A stretch of 17,222 nt of DNA from Utricularia gibba (lineage: Eukaryota; Plantae; Magnoliophyta). Shown one piece after another: positions 1 to 10,228 of the stretch (position 1 is its first letter; each line of letters opens with the position of its first letter). The notes below the pieces were generated by a model that was given only the letters and a program-made list of their open reading frames with translations, was not told the DNA's origin and did not search any database. The DNA is taken from contig NEEC01000350.1 in the NCBI GenBank assembly GCA_002189035.1, positions 1-17,222 on the forward strand. Direction: 5' to 3'. Made by a program: the position numbers and the translations under genes.

Positions 1-158
1 ATATCCCTTTTAGGCTATTATGGAAGGAAAGTAATTAGCAAAGAGATGGGAGTCCTAAAAAAACGAAAAACCGGGGGTGGCAAAAACACATTTTTTTAGC
101 AGCCTCATACATATTTTTAGCATTCAAATCCACACCAATCATATTAACTCGAGGATCA

Positions 159-1960
159 CTACTTTCCTTTATTTTTGCTTCTTGGTTGTGGGGGTGGCAA
201 TTGGAGTCGCCTTTCTTTTTCCTTTGTAGAGGATACTTGTGCAGGTTTTGATTTGAACACCTTCTTCTTCAAATTACTCTTCTTTGGGTATGCTACCTTT
301 ATAGTCTACTTTGACAAGGATATTACACCCAATGACTTCATCGGTTGTTTAGTAGTGGTCTTGGGCTCATGATCAGCCACAAGGCTATTCACACATGGTT
401 GAGCTTCATTTTTCAACTAAGATTTGGTCATCGGAGTTTTTACAGGCACCTTGATTGGAACTTTTTCCACTATTGCTGTCGTTGTTTCTTTCTCAGAACT
501 CTTCACGACAATGTTCTTCACTATTTACTATGCAACTTTCTCCTGAGTGCTTTTCTCACATGATTTCTTTCGCTGACCGTGTCTTTATAAGGCTCTTTTT
601 TGCTTGAATTTACTTTATTGATGCTTCTTTCACTGAAATTTTCTTCAGCAACTCTTTTTTAGATTGCTACTGCTGTCGATTGAGAGGGCCTCCCTTTCTC
701 AAATGTCTTCTTTTGGCTCCCACCAATGTGAAGTTGAGGCATGGGTATTACCACCTATGGGTTTCTTGGAAAATGCTACTATCCCCAAATGAAGCTACAA
801 CTAGTATCATTGTTGGCATTGCTCCTTTGTTTTTCATAATGAGTTTTGTTGTTGTTTGCTTCATCCTTGCCATTCAAGTCTTGATTCTCAAGCTAGTTGT
901 CCGTAAGTTAGAAACTAGAAGAAGAAAATGGGACCCAATGCACATTTGTCATAATGCGTAGGGTTTGAGCAACTTCCTCTCCCCTGATTCAAGCAAGATC
1001 TTTTGAAGGGACTTCAAAAATAGGTTGTCACCTCAAAAAAACTTTTGGTGAAGTTTCATTGTGACGCCAAAATAATGTGGCAAAATGCGAAGCCCTCTTA
1101 TCATGCCTCAATATCCCAAAGCTAAGTGAAGGTGGACTCTTAGTTAGTGGCTCACAGTTTAATGAAACTATTGAGGCCACAGTCTGTGGTGCACCTCGAA
1201 TGCCTAAAGATGCGAGCACCATAATGGCATGTATTGAATACTTTTAAAAAAAATTAAAGATGCAAGCACTATAATTTTGTTTGTAGGCTTGCAGCTGGAA
1301 TACCTTTAAACAAAAGAATTAAAAGCATGAACATCATAATAATGTGTTTGCAGTGCTTGCATCTTTAGGCATTCAAGTTGGTATTTACAGTTTAATGAAA
1401 CCATTGAGACCCTACTTTGGCGTGCTTACACGTGAAATGCTTCCATGTATCCAAGCAAGGGTCATGAGAAGTTTTTTTTATTGTATTAAAAATATGTACA
1501 TCAACAAATTGAATGGAATTGTATTTTTTCATATCATCACACTCTTCCAAGTTTTTCCTTGTGCTTGATGCATTGCTCCAATCCTCCAATATATTTTCAT
1601 ACAATTTAGACTCATTTGTTGAAAAGTTCTTCTACATCCTAGTTTTTAGCCATGATATATCCTAAGCAATATGCTCCTAAACCCATCATGTTCCAAATTT
1701 CTACCACAAATAAGTCTGAGTTTCGTGAGATTTGTTCCAAGATTAACGAAAGTTCTCCAATAGAAATCATTTGCATAACTTGGTTGCTTTCATTATCGAG
1801 ATTTTTTTAGTGATTCCTGCTGTTCCACCCTTGACTTCTCACATTTTACTGTATCGCGTACTGAAGCTTGATTCTTAGATATGTGTAGGATAATTTCTTT
1901 CATATTGTGCGGATGTTTTTGAGGAAGATATTTGAACTAAATGCTAAGCGTTACAACCAC
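159..1960 (-). pseudogene. Decayed coding-like remnant, probably a transposon accessory gene (family not identified)
   Basis: The minus frame from ~521 to 159 reads as a K/T/V/P/E-rich protein (VKNIVVKSSEKETTTAIVEKVPIKVPVKTPMTKS*LKNEAQP...KSKPAQVSSTKEKERRLQLPPPQPRSKNKGK*). It has in-frame TAG stops at 417-419 and 306-308 and ends at 159-161. More broken minus-strand ORF pieces occur at 1028-1222 and 1392-1604. No diagnostic domain was recognised and the upstream boundary is approximate. Confidence 0.35.
1155..1408. repeat. Small foldback/compound repeat: 22-bp inverted repeat inside 21-bp direct repeats
   Basis: gaatgcctaaagatgcgagcac (1198-1219) is the reverse complement of 1353-1374 with 1 mismatch. 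A partial direct copy lies at 1255-1275. cagtttaatgaaac(t/c)attgag occurs at 1155-1175 and 1388-1408. Confidence 0.75.
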
Positions 1961-2154
1961 CACCCATGGACCTTCTCCTTCGGCTGAAGATAAGTCTGCT
2001 CTTGTGGGCCAGTTTCCATTAATCATTCTGGGGAAAAAAAAACATTTCCCCTTCCTAATCAACGACGGAGAGGAGGAATGCGTGGATCTGTACGTGTGGA
2101 CCTCATCGCCACTCCCATGCAATGTTCTTAGCGTCCAGAGCTACAACCAATCGC

Positions 2155-2211
2155 GGACAGTCACCCAAATGAATTCTTGGATGTGGTGTGGACAGTCACC
2201 AAAATGAATTC
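2155..2211 (+). repeat. 22-bp direct repeat just upstream of the SBE2 start codon
   Basis: ggacagtcacccaaatgaattc (2155-2176) and ggacagtcaccaaaatgaattc (2190-2211), 1 mismatch. Confidence 0.85.
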
Positions 2212-2290
2212 CCAGTAATGATATTTATTAGGTATTGAAAAGAGTAAAACCTTTCCAATAACAGAAAAAAGGTGGGATCTTGGGAGGAAA

Positions 2291-5200
2291 ATGGTCTATA
2301 CACTGCCTGAGCTGAGGCTCTCCATTTGCCATCGCTTTATGGAAGAGGGAACAACGGATTGAACCCACATAGTGGCCAAGGGAATTCCTTGATTGCTTTG
2401 CTCGTGAAGAATAAATCCGATTCAGGTAATCGAAGGCCACCTCTGTATGGGTTTTTATACTCGCTGTTTAGTTTTCTTTGTGGCACTATCCTTTCAAACC
2501 ATCGAATGTTTGCTCTCCACGGCTTTTTTTGTTTAATTCGCTCTGTGTATTTCACGTTCTTGTTGATGGAAATTGGAAATCTAGAATGCCTTGAAAGCTA
2601 CAAGTTGACGATATTATACTGAGGTTATTGAAAAAGGTTTCATTGATTAAACGAATGTAAAAGCCATTTTGATCACAAATAGAGGTGTATGTCATTGGTT
2701 TCTGTTGGATATGAATTGTCATCACCAACCGGTTTGGCAGAAGGCCTGGCATTCTCAAAACAAGATTTCATGAGTTGCGCACATTCTATGTAAACATGGA
2801 TTGTGTAAACTTCATTAAATACACAATGGGAAAGCTGTTACACCAACCAAGCGCATAGAGTTTGATTGGGGAAGGGCACTTGGCACCCTAGTTTTTGGAT
2901 TTTTCATGGCTTACATTTAAGGAAGTATCACAAGTGGGAAAATGTTGGCTGAATCAGCTGATATGTTCCTTGTAGGGAAGATTTTTTGTGGGAAGCCTAA
3001 TGAACCCAGATCACCGTTTTCAAGAGCAACCAGAGGAGAAAAATCATTATTCCTGGATCCAACAATGCTGACTCCGAAGAGCTGGACATCCCTCAGATAG
3101 TTTCTGATAATACTCAGGTATGAATGTCAGAATTGTCAATATGTGATAATGTAAAATTGAACGCAATAGAAAGATCTGAGAATCTACCAGTTAAAAAGAT
3201 GAAGCAGTGGTTTCGTTTTTTCTTTTTTGTGTCTGTGAGAGTGCATTCTGATTTCTACAATCATATTGTTTGTGCTCTTTGATTTTTATGTTTCCAATCG
3301 TTTTTCATTCTAGATATTTGACGATAAACAAAGATCAGATATGGAAAATGGAAAGGAAGTTCAAGGTCAAGAGGTCTTGGTCGAACAAATCAGTTCAGAC
3401 GAAGTAATGAAACTAGATGATCCTACCTTGATACAACCAGTAGATGGACATGCGGAAACTACTGTTGAAGGAATGCCAGGTATTACAGAAAAGCCACGAA
3501 ATGAGGGTTCCTCAAAAATTAAACTGGCCATCCCTCCTCCTGGAAATGGGCAGAGGATATATGAAATAGATTCAATGTTAAGGAACCATCATGATCATCT
3601 TGATTATCGGTAAACTTTTTCACCTTATTCATTAGCAGAATATACATTTACTTTCCATATATCTAGAGAATTTGAAAATGTTGACCATTGTATCATGAGC
3701 GGAGTTAATCTATAAGTATTATTGTTATTTTAACAGATTTAGTCAATATCGAAGACTACGTGAAACCATTGACAAGTTTGAGGGTGGGTTGGAAGTGTTT
3801 TCACGTGGTTATGAGAAATTTGGGTTTACTCGGAGGTATGCAGATTATGACATATATCTCTCCTTAAATCAAATCTCAGCCTTGAAACTGAGAAATCTTA
3901 ATCTATATTTCTTTGTGTGTTACTTTGCATTTTTCTGTGCATTAAATACTATTCTGGGCCCAAAGTACAGCCTTTGTCTGCAACTTTTGAATGTTTATGT
4001 GTTTGCAAATAATACTGCCGCTAAGGCATGCATTTCTCTTTATTAGTCCTTTGCAAGAAATATGATAAGGACTTCATGAATGTTTGCTCTAGGTTCTTTT
4101 GTAAGCCACTTAACAAAACAAGCATGTTTTACCCATCCATTAGTATTTATTTGGTACTATTTTTGTGGTTAAGAAAGACATTAGAATGATTCGCTGACAA
4201 GGCTAGTAGTTTGCCTTGATCGACCTTGATATGTTGATGATGGTTTTGATCTTCCTTGATAAACTGCTCTTCGTTTTATTTACATGCTGCTGGTTCTTTC
4301 TGGAATATGATACTTTTTAGTCATCATTTGATTCTATATTATCACATGGTTGGAGAAGTACTTTACTTTGTCCTTATCACTGAGTGAGTTCTTATATTGT
4401 TAGTGAGGCAGGCATCACTTACAGGGAGTGGGCGCCTGGAGCAAAGGTCAGACGCAACCTATCCTTTTGGTTCCATGTGTCAATGTAGCTTTTGTAGAAA
4501 AATGGTCATCACCTTTTCATTCAAGTAGCAGTTTTTGCTTCATGCCTCAAACTGTTCTTAGGCTTTCTTTGTGAAGTCAAGAAGTTGCTATATATGTTAC
4601 TGCCAATCTTGGTAGAGTTGTTTATTGTGGTCCATCAACTTCAGACTTCTTTCCTTTTCTGATGTATATCATTACAATTCTTGCAGTCTGCAACTCTTAT
4701 TGGTGATTTCAACAATTGGAATCCTAACACCGATGTCATGACTTGTGTAAGATTAAATTTTTCGTCAAACTTTAAAGCTTTTGTGCCTATATTTGTTACC
4801 GTCCTGTTTTTTTGTTGGAATGTTGCTTGGCTATCATTCTTATTTGCTGATAAGATAATAACAGAATGAGTTTGGCGTTTGGGAGATCTTCTTACCAAAT
4901 AATGCAGACGGGTCTCCTGCAATTCCCCATGGATCTTATGTAAAGGTAAATGTATTCTACTGGAGTAGCTTCCATGTATTTTCTTCCTAAAATCAAAGCT
5001 TTATGATATTTTCCTTGAGAGCTTGAACCACTTTGCTCACTTCATTGTATGCAGATTCGCATGGAGACTTCATCAGGCATCAAGGACTCAATTCCAGCTT
5101 GGATAAAGTTTTGTGTTCAAGCTCCAGGAGAAATTCCTTATAATGGGTTTATTATGATCCACCAGAAGACGTGAGTGTTATGTCTCTGCTGTTCGTAAAT

Positions 5201-8200
5201 TGCACTTTGGAACAAATACAAGGTCTATGTATATTGGAATGAGGCATCAAAATTAAAAATTAGAAAAAGTTTATTTATCTTTGTTTTCTTCTCCTTTGTA
5301 GGAAACTTACACCTTTAAATACCCGCGTCCAAAAAAACCAAAGTCACTCAGAATATACGAGTGTCATGTTGGAATGAGTAGTACGGTATGTGTCTTTCCT
5401 CTCATGCGATTTACTGAAAGTTTTTGTCATTGATTTGTTAGCAGCTTCTCAGATGCTTCTTAAGTTGTTTCCAGCATTTCCATGTTCAATGCATATGGGC
5501 AGCTTGTTTTGCTTTAAATAAACATTTCCTATTTAGTTTTGTAAAATATGTTGATATACATCTATATGTCTTCATCGTGAATCTTGTAATTCAGGCCCGT
5601 TATCAATACATATGCCAACTTTCGTGATGAAGTGCTTCCACGTATCAAGAAACTTGGCTACAATGCTGTTCAAATTATGGCAATTCAGGAGCATTCATAT
5701 TATGCCAGTTTTGGGTAATTTATTTATTCATGAATATCATTTTTTTTTTGTTGGTCATGCTTGAGGTCTCATTCTTTTTTATATGCATGCTACTCACACA
5801 GCTGTTATGCAGCTTGCCATTTTCTGCATAACAGGAAGAAAGCGAATTTTTACATTTCCTTGTCATATTTTTTTAGATCTTCCACGCTATATCTAGCTGC
5901 AAAAAGGAAAATCATTTTTATTGCATTTGGTGCAGTTACCATGTGACAAATTTCTTTGCGCCAAGCAGTCGCTTTGGGACTCCTGACGATCTTAAGTCAT
6001 TAATTGATAGAGCGCATGAGATGGGCTTGGTTGTTCTCATGGACATTGTGCATAGGTTAGCATAATTTGAAAAATGGAAGCATATTTTTGCTTCCCAATA
6101 TTCACCTTTTTTGTGAATATTTTATGTGACTAATTTGTCATGTATCTAGCGAATGAATTAATGCTTTTGATATTTTCAGTCATGCTTCAAACAACACTTT
6201 GGATGGCTTGAATATGTTTGATGGTACCGATAGCTGTTATTTTCATTCTGGACCACGGGGTTACCATTGGATATGGGATTCACGGACTTTCAACTATGGA
6301 CAATGGGAAGTATGTGCTTTACACACTGGATTTGAGGTTGTTCAACAAATTTTCATTATTACTGAATTTCGTAATTGCAGGTTCTAAGGTTTCTTCTCTC
6401 GAATACAAGATGGTGGTTGGAAGAATACAAGTTTGATGGTTTCAGATTTGATGGTGTTACATCTATGATGTATACACACCATGGTTTGCAGGTATTAAAT
6501 CCCTGTGCAGATGAAGTTTCAAGTTTCTTCTAACCACATCTGGTTGAAGATTGTATCCATGTCTACTGTTTGAACTTCGAGTTTGCAAAACAAAATTGTG
6601 CCTGCTGTAATATTTTCTTTGATTGTACAAAGATGGCATTTACGGGAAACTACAATGAGTACTTTGGATTTGCAACTGATGTTGACGCTGTAGTCTACCT
6701 GATGCTGGCCAATGATCTCATCCATGGGCTCTTTCCTGATGCTATAACAATTGGTGAAGATGTAAGCTTCAATGAGATTTTATATATATAGCTCCTACCA
6801 TTTGATGTTTTTTTAACTTGTTTATATCCATTACTGTTCAGAAACTTGTGACCAGGGTAACTAAATAACACTTGTAATCTCAGGTCAGCGGCATGCCAAC
6901 CTTTTGTATTCCTGTTCAAGATGGCGGAGTTGGGTTTGATTTCCGTTTACACATGGCAATTGCAGACAAGTGGATCGAATTGCTCAAGTGCTGTCTCGTT
7001 TACTGTGATAATTAATACACCAGAAGCAATAACTAATATAATGAGATCATTTCTATTGCAGAAGAGAGATGAGGATTGGAAAATGGGAGATATCGTGCAC
7101 ACTCTTACTAACAGAAGGTGGCTTGAAAAGTGTGTTGCTTATGCCGAAAGTCATGACCAGGCACTCGTTGGAGATAAAACTATCGCATTCTGGTTGATGG
7201 ACAAGGTAGCTTAGATATGTTACTCCAAACTAGACTACTCCTTGCTGATGGATCTTTTTCTAGGATATGTATGACTTCATGTCATTGGATAGACCATCTA
7301 CACCTGCCCTAGACCGTGGAATAGCCTTACACAAAATGATCAGGCTTATTACAATGGGTTTAGGTGGGGAAGGATACCTAAATTTCATGGGAAATGAATT
7401 CGGCCATCCAGGTATTGCATATTTTGCAAGATTCCAGAGCATCTCACACCAGTTTCCAGAAAGTGGTCGTACTCTGTCAAGAATGAATTGCCATTTGCTT
7501 CTTTATGTATCAGAGTGGATTGATTTTCCAAGAGCCGATCAGCGTCTTCCTGATGGCAGATTCATTCCTGGAAATAACAATAGCTTTGATAAATGCAGGC
7601 GTAGATTTGATCTGGCAAGTTGTGATATTTGTGTTGTAGTTAGCTTTTTTTACTGTTACTGTTTACTCGGGGCTTTTTTTTATGTGTTTTCTTGTTGTCC
7701 ATTCAGGGTGATGCACCTTATTTAAGGTATCATGGAATGCAAGAGTTCGACAGAGCAATGCAGTATCTCGAAGAAAAATATAATGTGTGAATTTCAATAT
7801 CTCAACTCAAGGAATAATTGTTGTTCAAGACTTCTGTTGGCACTCATATAACTTCTTCATGTATTTGTTCTTGCAACAGTTCATGACATCAGAACATCAG
7901 TACATATCAAAGAAGGATGAAGAAGATAGAATTATAGTGTTTGAAAGGGGCAACTTAGTTTTTGTGTTCAATTTCCATTGGAATAATAGCTATTCAGATT
8001 ATCGTGTGGGCTGCTTAAAGCCTGGAAGATACGAGGTATGGCTTATATTAAGAAATCATCTCTGATTTGATCCAAAATTTTCACCATTCGCTTGCAGATT
8101 GTCATGGACTCAGATGATGCTCTTTTTGGAGGCTTTGGTAGAATCGGTCATGATGTAGAGTACTGCACCAGCGTAAGTGCCTGTAGGAGGTTCAAATGAA

Positions 8201-8396
8201 ACTGCTGTATCATCTAACCGTTTTTTTGGTTACGGCATTAATCGTAGCTCATGTGTCTACATATTTGATTTAGAGTGTGGTCTCATGAATGAATGTGATG
8301 CGTGTACAGGAAGGGTGGTACAATGACCGGCCTCTGTCATTCATGGTTTATGCACCCTGTAGAACAGCAGTAGTGTATGCCTTGGCTGATGAATGA
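2291..8396 (+). CDS. SBE2: 1,4-alpha-glucan branching enzyme, class II starch branching enzyme (GH13), plastid-targeted; 22 exons; frameshifted as written
   Basis: Exons: 2291-2425, 2976-3117, 3314-3609, 3737-3835, 4404-4446, 4687-4746, 4865-4945, 5055-5170, 5302-5385, 5595-5714, 5936-6055, 6180-6309, 6381-6491, 6633-6761, 6884-6987, 7062-7205, 7264-7411, 7514-7614, 7707-7784, 7880-8035, 8098-8172, 8310-8396. The N-terminus MVYTL and motifs [79 protein letters not shown] and RTAVVYAL match SBEII. All introns are GT-AG except intron 18 (GC-AG). After restoring 6 missing bases (at 2325-2327, 3039-3043, 5145-5147, two at 5595, 7061) the CDS is 2565 nt, 854 aa. Confidence 0.96.
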
Positions 8397-8717
8397 AGAG
8401 AGATAGCGAGAACTCTCTACTCGGGCCTCGCAGTCTGCATATCTGTCGTCGATGGTTGAACTCACTGTAGGGCGGCCAGCACCTACAGAGAGGAATCAAA
8501 TGAGGGGGATTCATTCTCCACATCCCCTCGTCGCAGGTTTTTGTTCAGACAGCCTTTTCCAACTCCATTTAAGTTCTGGTCTGGGGTGTCTCAAGTTGTC
8601 CTTGAATGTATCTCCGTATGCTTTCAAATAATGTGGCGACAGTTGGCCATTAGGGATTGAAGGTTTTGCGTATGATTTAGCTTCATCGAAGCCGCTGATT
8701 CCCTTGAACATGCTTGC

Positions 8718-8740
8718 AAAAAAAAAAAAAAAAAAAAAAA
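8718..8740 (+). repeat. Poly(A)23 tract
   Basis: Direct count of the uninterrupted A run. Confidence 0.95.
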
Positions 8741-9493
8741 CTACAGAAACAATGATTAATGGTGTCGTGATGAAGTGCATTGGTAGGATCAGCTCGTGAG
8801 CGGGTGGATCCTTGTGCATGTCCTAACGTCGGTAACCGAGGCCGCTGCGATACAACATTTCACTCTTCCCCTACAAGTAATGGTATCCCTATCATCATGG
8901 TCTCAACGCAACTGTGGTTATGTTTTGCATGCGTTCTTACTCTTATTCTTACAAAACATCATTATTTTTCATTTTACAGAATCACAAAATAAAATTTTTA
9001 TTAATGATATTTCAATGGAACATGGGTTACTTGTTAATTTTAGATTTTTATTCTTACTCTAACAAAATTACTTTCATAATACTCCTTTTCCTTTGTTCAT
9101 TTCAACTCATTTCTTCAAATTACTTTACTCGTTTTTCGTTTCTAGCATTTCTAGGTTAATCAATTCATCAGTTCGTTGGGATATTTTAATTGTTGCTGAT
9201 TCATTTTTTTATTGTGTGAATTATTTTCATTTTTTATCAAGATGTTGATAGTCGTTCATAAAAATACCCACTCTTTATTTATGTTTCACACACTAAGTAC
9301 ACAAAATTACGCACACCATGATTAATTTTTTAACATAACCTTCTAAAAGTGAGTATTTTTCAAAATCACCACATGTTTGAATGGTTAATAAATATTGAAT
9401 ATTATGCCGGCCGGCCTATGCATTTAGGACCCTAAATGCAACAACTCGGAGCTTCTGGAGATAAGGTAGGTACACCATGCCCCTAGCCTGCTA

Positions 9494-9736
9494 CTACCTT
9501 ATCTCTTTAATATCAGTCATCGATTGTTTTCTGGTGTGGGGTTTTTTGGGAACCGATGAAGAGCCGGAGAGGATGAGATCGGGAATGGGGTTTCCCGCTG
9601 CAGCAAGGCGCTGTTTGAGCTCGTTGAGAAGGGTCTGATTCTCCTCGTTCAGCATCCGCGCCTTCTTTTTAAGCCTCTCATTCTCGTGCATGATGTAGCA
9701 GTTTGACAAGTACAGCTTCGAGTTAAACTTCTCCAT
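9494..9736 (-). CDS. ZPR: LITTLE ZIPPER microprotein, ZPR3/ZPR4 type (leucine-zipper inhibitor of HD-ZIP III factors), 80 aa
   Basis: MEKFNSKLYLSNCYIMHENERLKKKARMLNEENQTLLNELKQRL matches the ZPR3/4 pattern M(E)RLNSKLY..NCYIM.ENE.LRKKA.LLN.ENQ.LL..LKQ.L. The ATG (9736-9734) lies 2 nt after a ttgcag acceptor. The 5'UTR intron is predicted at 9739-10092 (donor gaaaag|gtgata on the minus strand). The ORF-track start at 9760 is intronic. Confidence 0.93.
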   Translation of the reverse strand: MEKFNSKLYLSNCYIMHENERLKKKARMLNEENQTLLNELKQRLAAAGNPIPDLILSGSSSVPKKPHTRKQSMTDIKEIR

Positions 9737-10155
9737 ATCTGCAATAACAATTCCAAACAAACAAATAAGGATCCCATTCTCAACTGCATATTAAGCTTCT
9801 GCTCACAAGAGCCTGAGGGATAAACTGGGGGTGACCAAATTGGAAAACAAATTCGGTACACGCGAATTTTTAAATAAGTGCGCTCTGAAAAACAATAAAG
9901 AGACCAAGCAAATATAATATAGAAGGTTCCATATTCAGAGAAATGAGAACAACGTTATTTTTCAAAAGACAGAGAAAACCCTCTGTCCAGAGGAAAATCT
10001 CAGGGTATGCATTTAGCACTGTTCAGAAGGCAGGGGAACCCAACTGCCGCCTTATCTTCTTCTATCTTTGTTGGGTTACAAAGAAGTATCACCTTTTCTA
10101 AGAGAAGGTGACGACCACCCGATCAACCGAAGGTGAATCAGTGGAAGCGTTAAAT

Positions 10156-10182
10156 TTAAGTACAGGAGTGTGTGTGTGTCAT
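10156..10182 (-). other. 8-codon upstream ORF (MTHTHSCT*) in the predicted first, non-coding exon of ZPR, overlapping a short (CA)n tract
   Basis: ATG at 10182-10180 and TAA at 10158-10156, between the TATA box and the predicted donor at 10092. Depends on the inferred transcription start near 10195. Confidence 0.5.
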
Positions 10183-10220
10183 GTGATGATACAGGCGCGG
10201 AAGAGCAGGGGGTTGGCCTG

Positions 10221-10228
10221 TTTATATA
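10221..10228 (-). promoter_or_regulatory. TATA box of ZPR
   Basis: TATATAAA on the minus strand, about 130 bp upstream of the predicted 5'UTR intron donor and correctly oriented. Confidence 0.7.

Noticed and set aside
175-961. Plus-strand ORFs 175-372, 345-563 and 680-961
   Set aside because: Their F/L/S-rich content is the antisense shadow of the purine-rich minus-strand remnant; no motifs.
3010-3117. Alternative acceptor at 3009 that would avoid the exon 2 frameshift
   Set aside because: It gives a phase-0 start while exon 1 ends in phase 1, and it discards the conserved (R/G)KIF exon start.
7067-7205. Alternative GAG acceptor at 7066 that restores the exon 16 frame
   Set aside because: GAG acceptors are rare and it would delete the conserved KR of LLKKRDEDW; one missing G is simpler, though this is not fully excluded.
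6570-8065. Long track ORFs such as 6570-6791, 6921-7214, 7267-7725 and 7787-8065 as separate genes
   Set aside because: They are SBE2 exons read through into neighbouring introns.
8403-8463. Possible tRNA-like A and B boxes (tagcgagaac ... ggttgaactc) suggesting a SINE head
   Set aside because: Both deviate from the consensus and lie outside the candidate target-site duplication; no cloverleaf.
8767-8850. GTGATGA resembling a snoRNA box C
   Set aside because: No CTGA box D at a suitable distance and no terminal stem.
9649-9861. Out-of-frame ORF overlapping ZPR
   Set aside because: Starts inside the predicted intron, has no recognisable motif, and is explained by the ZPR frame.
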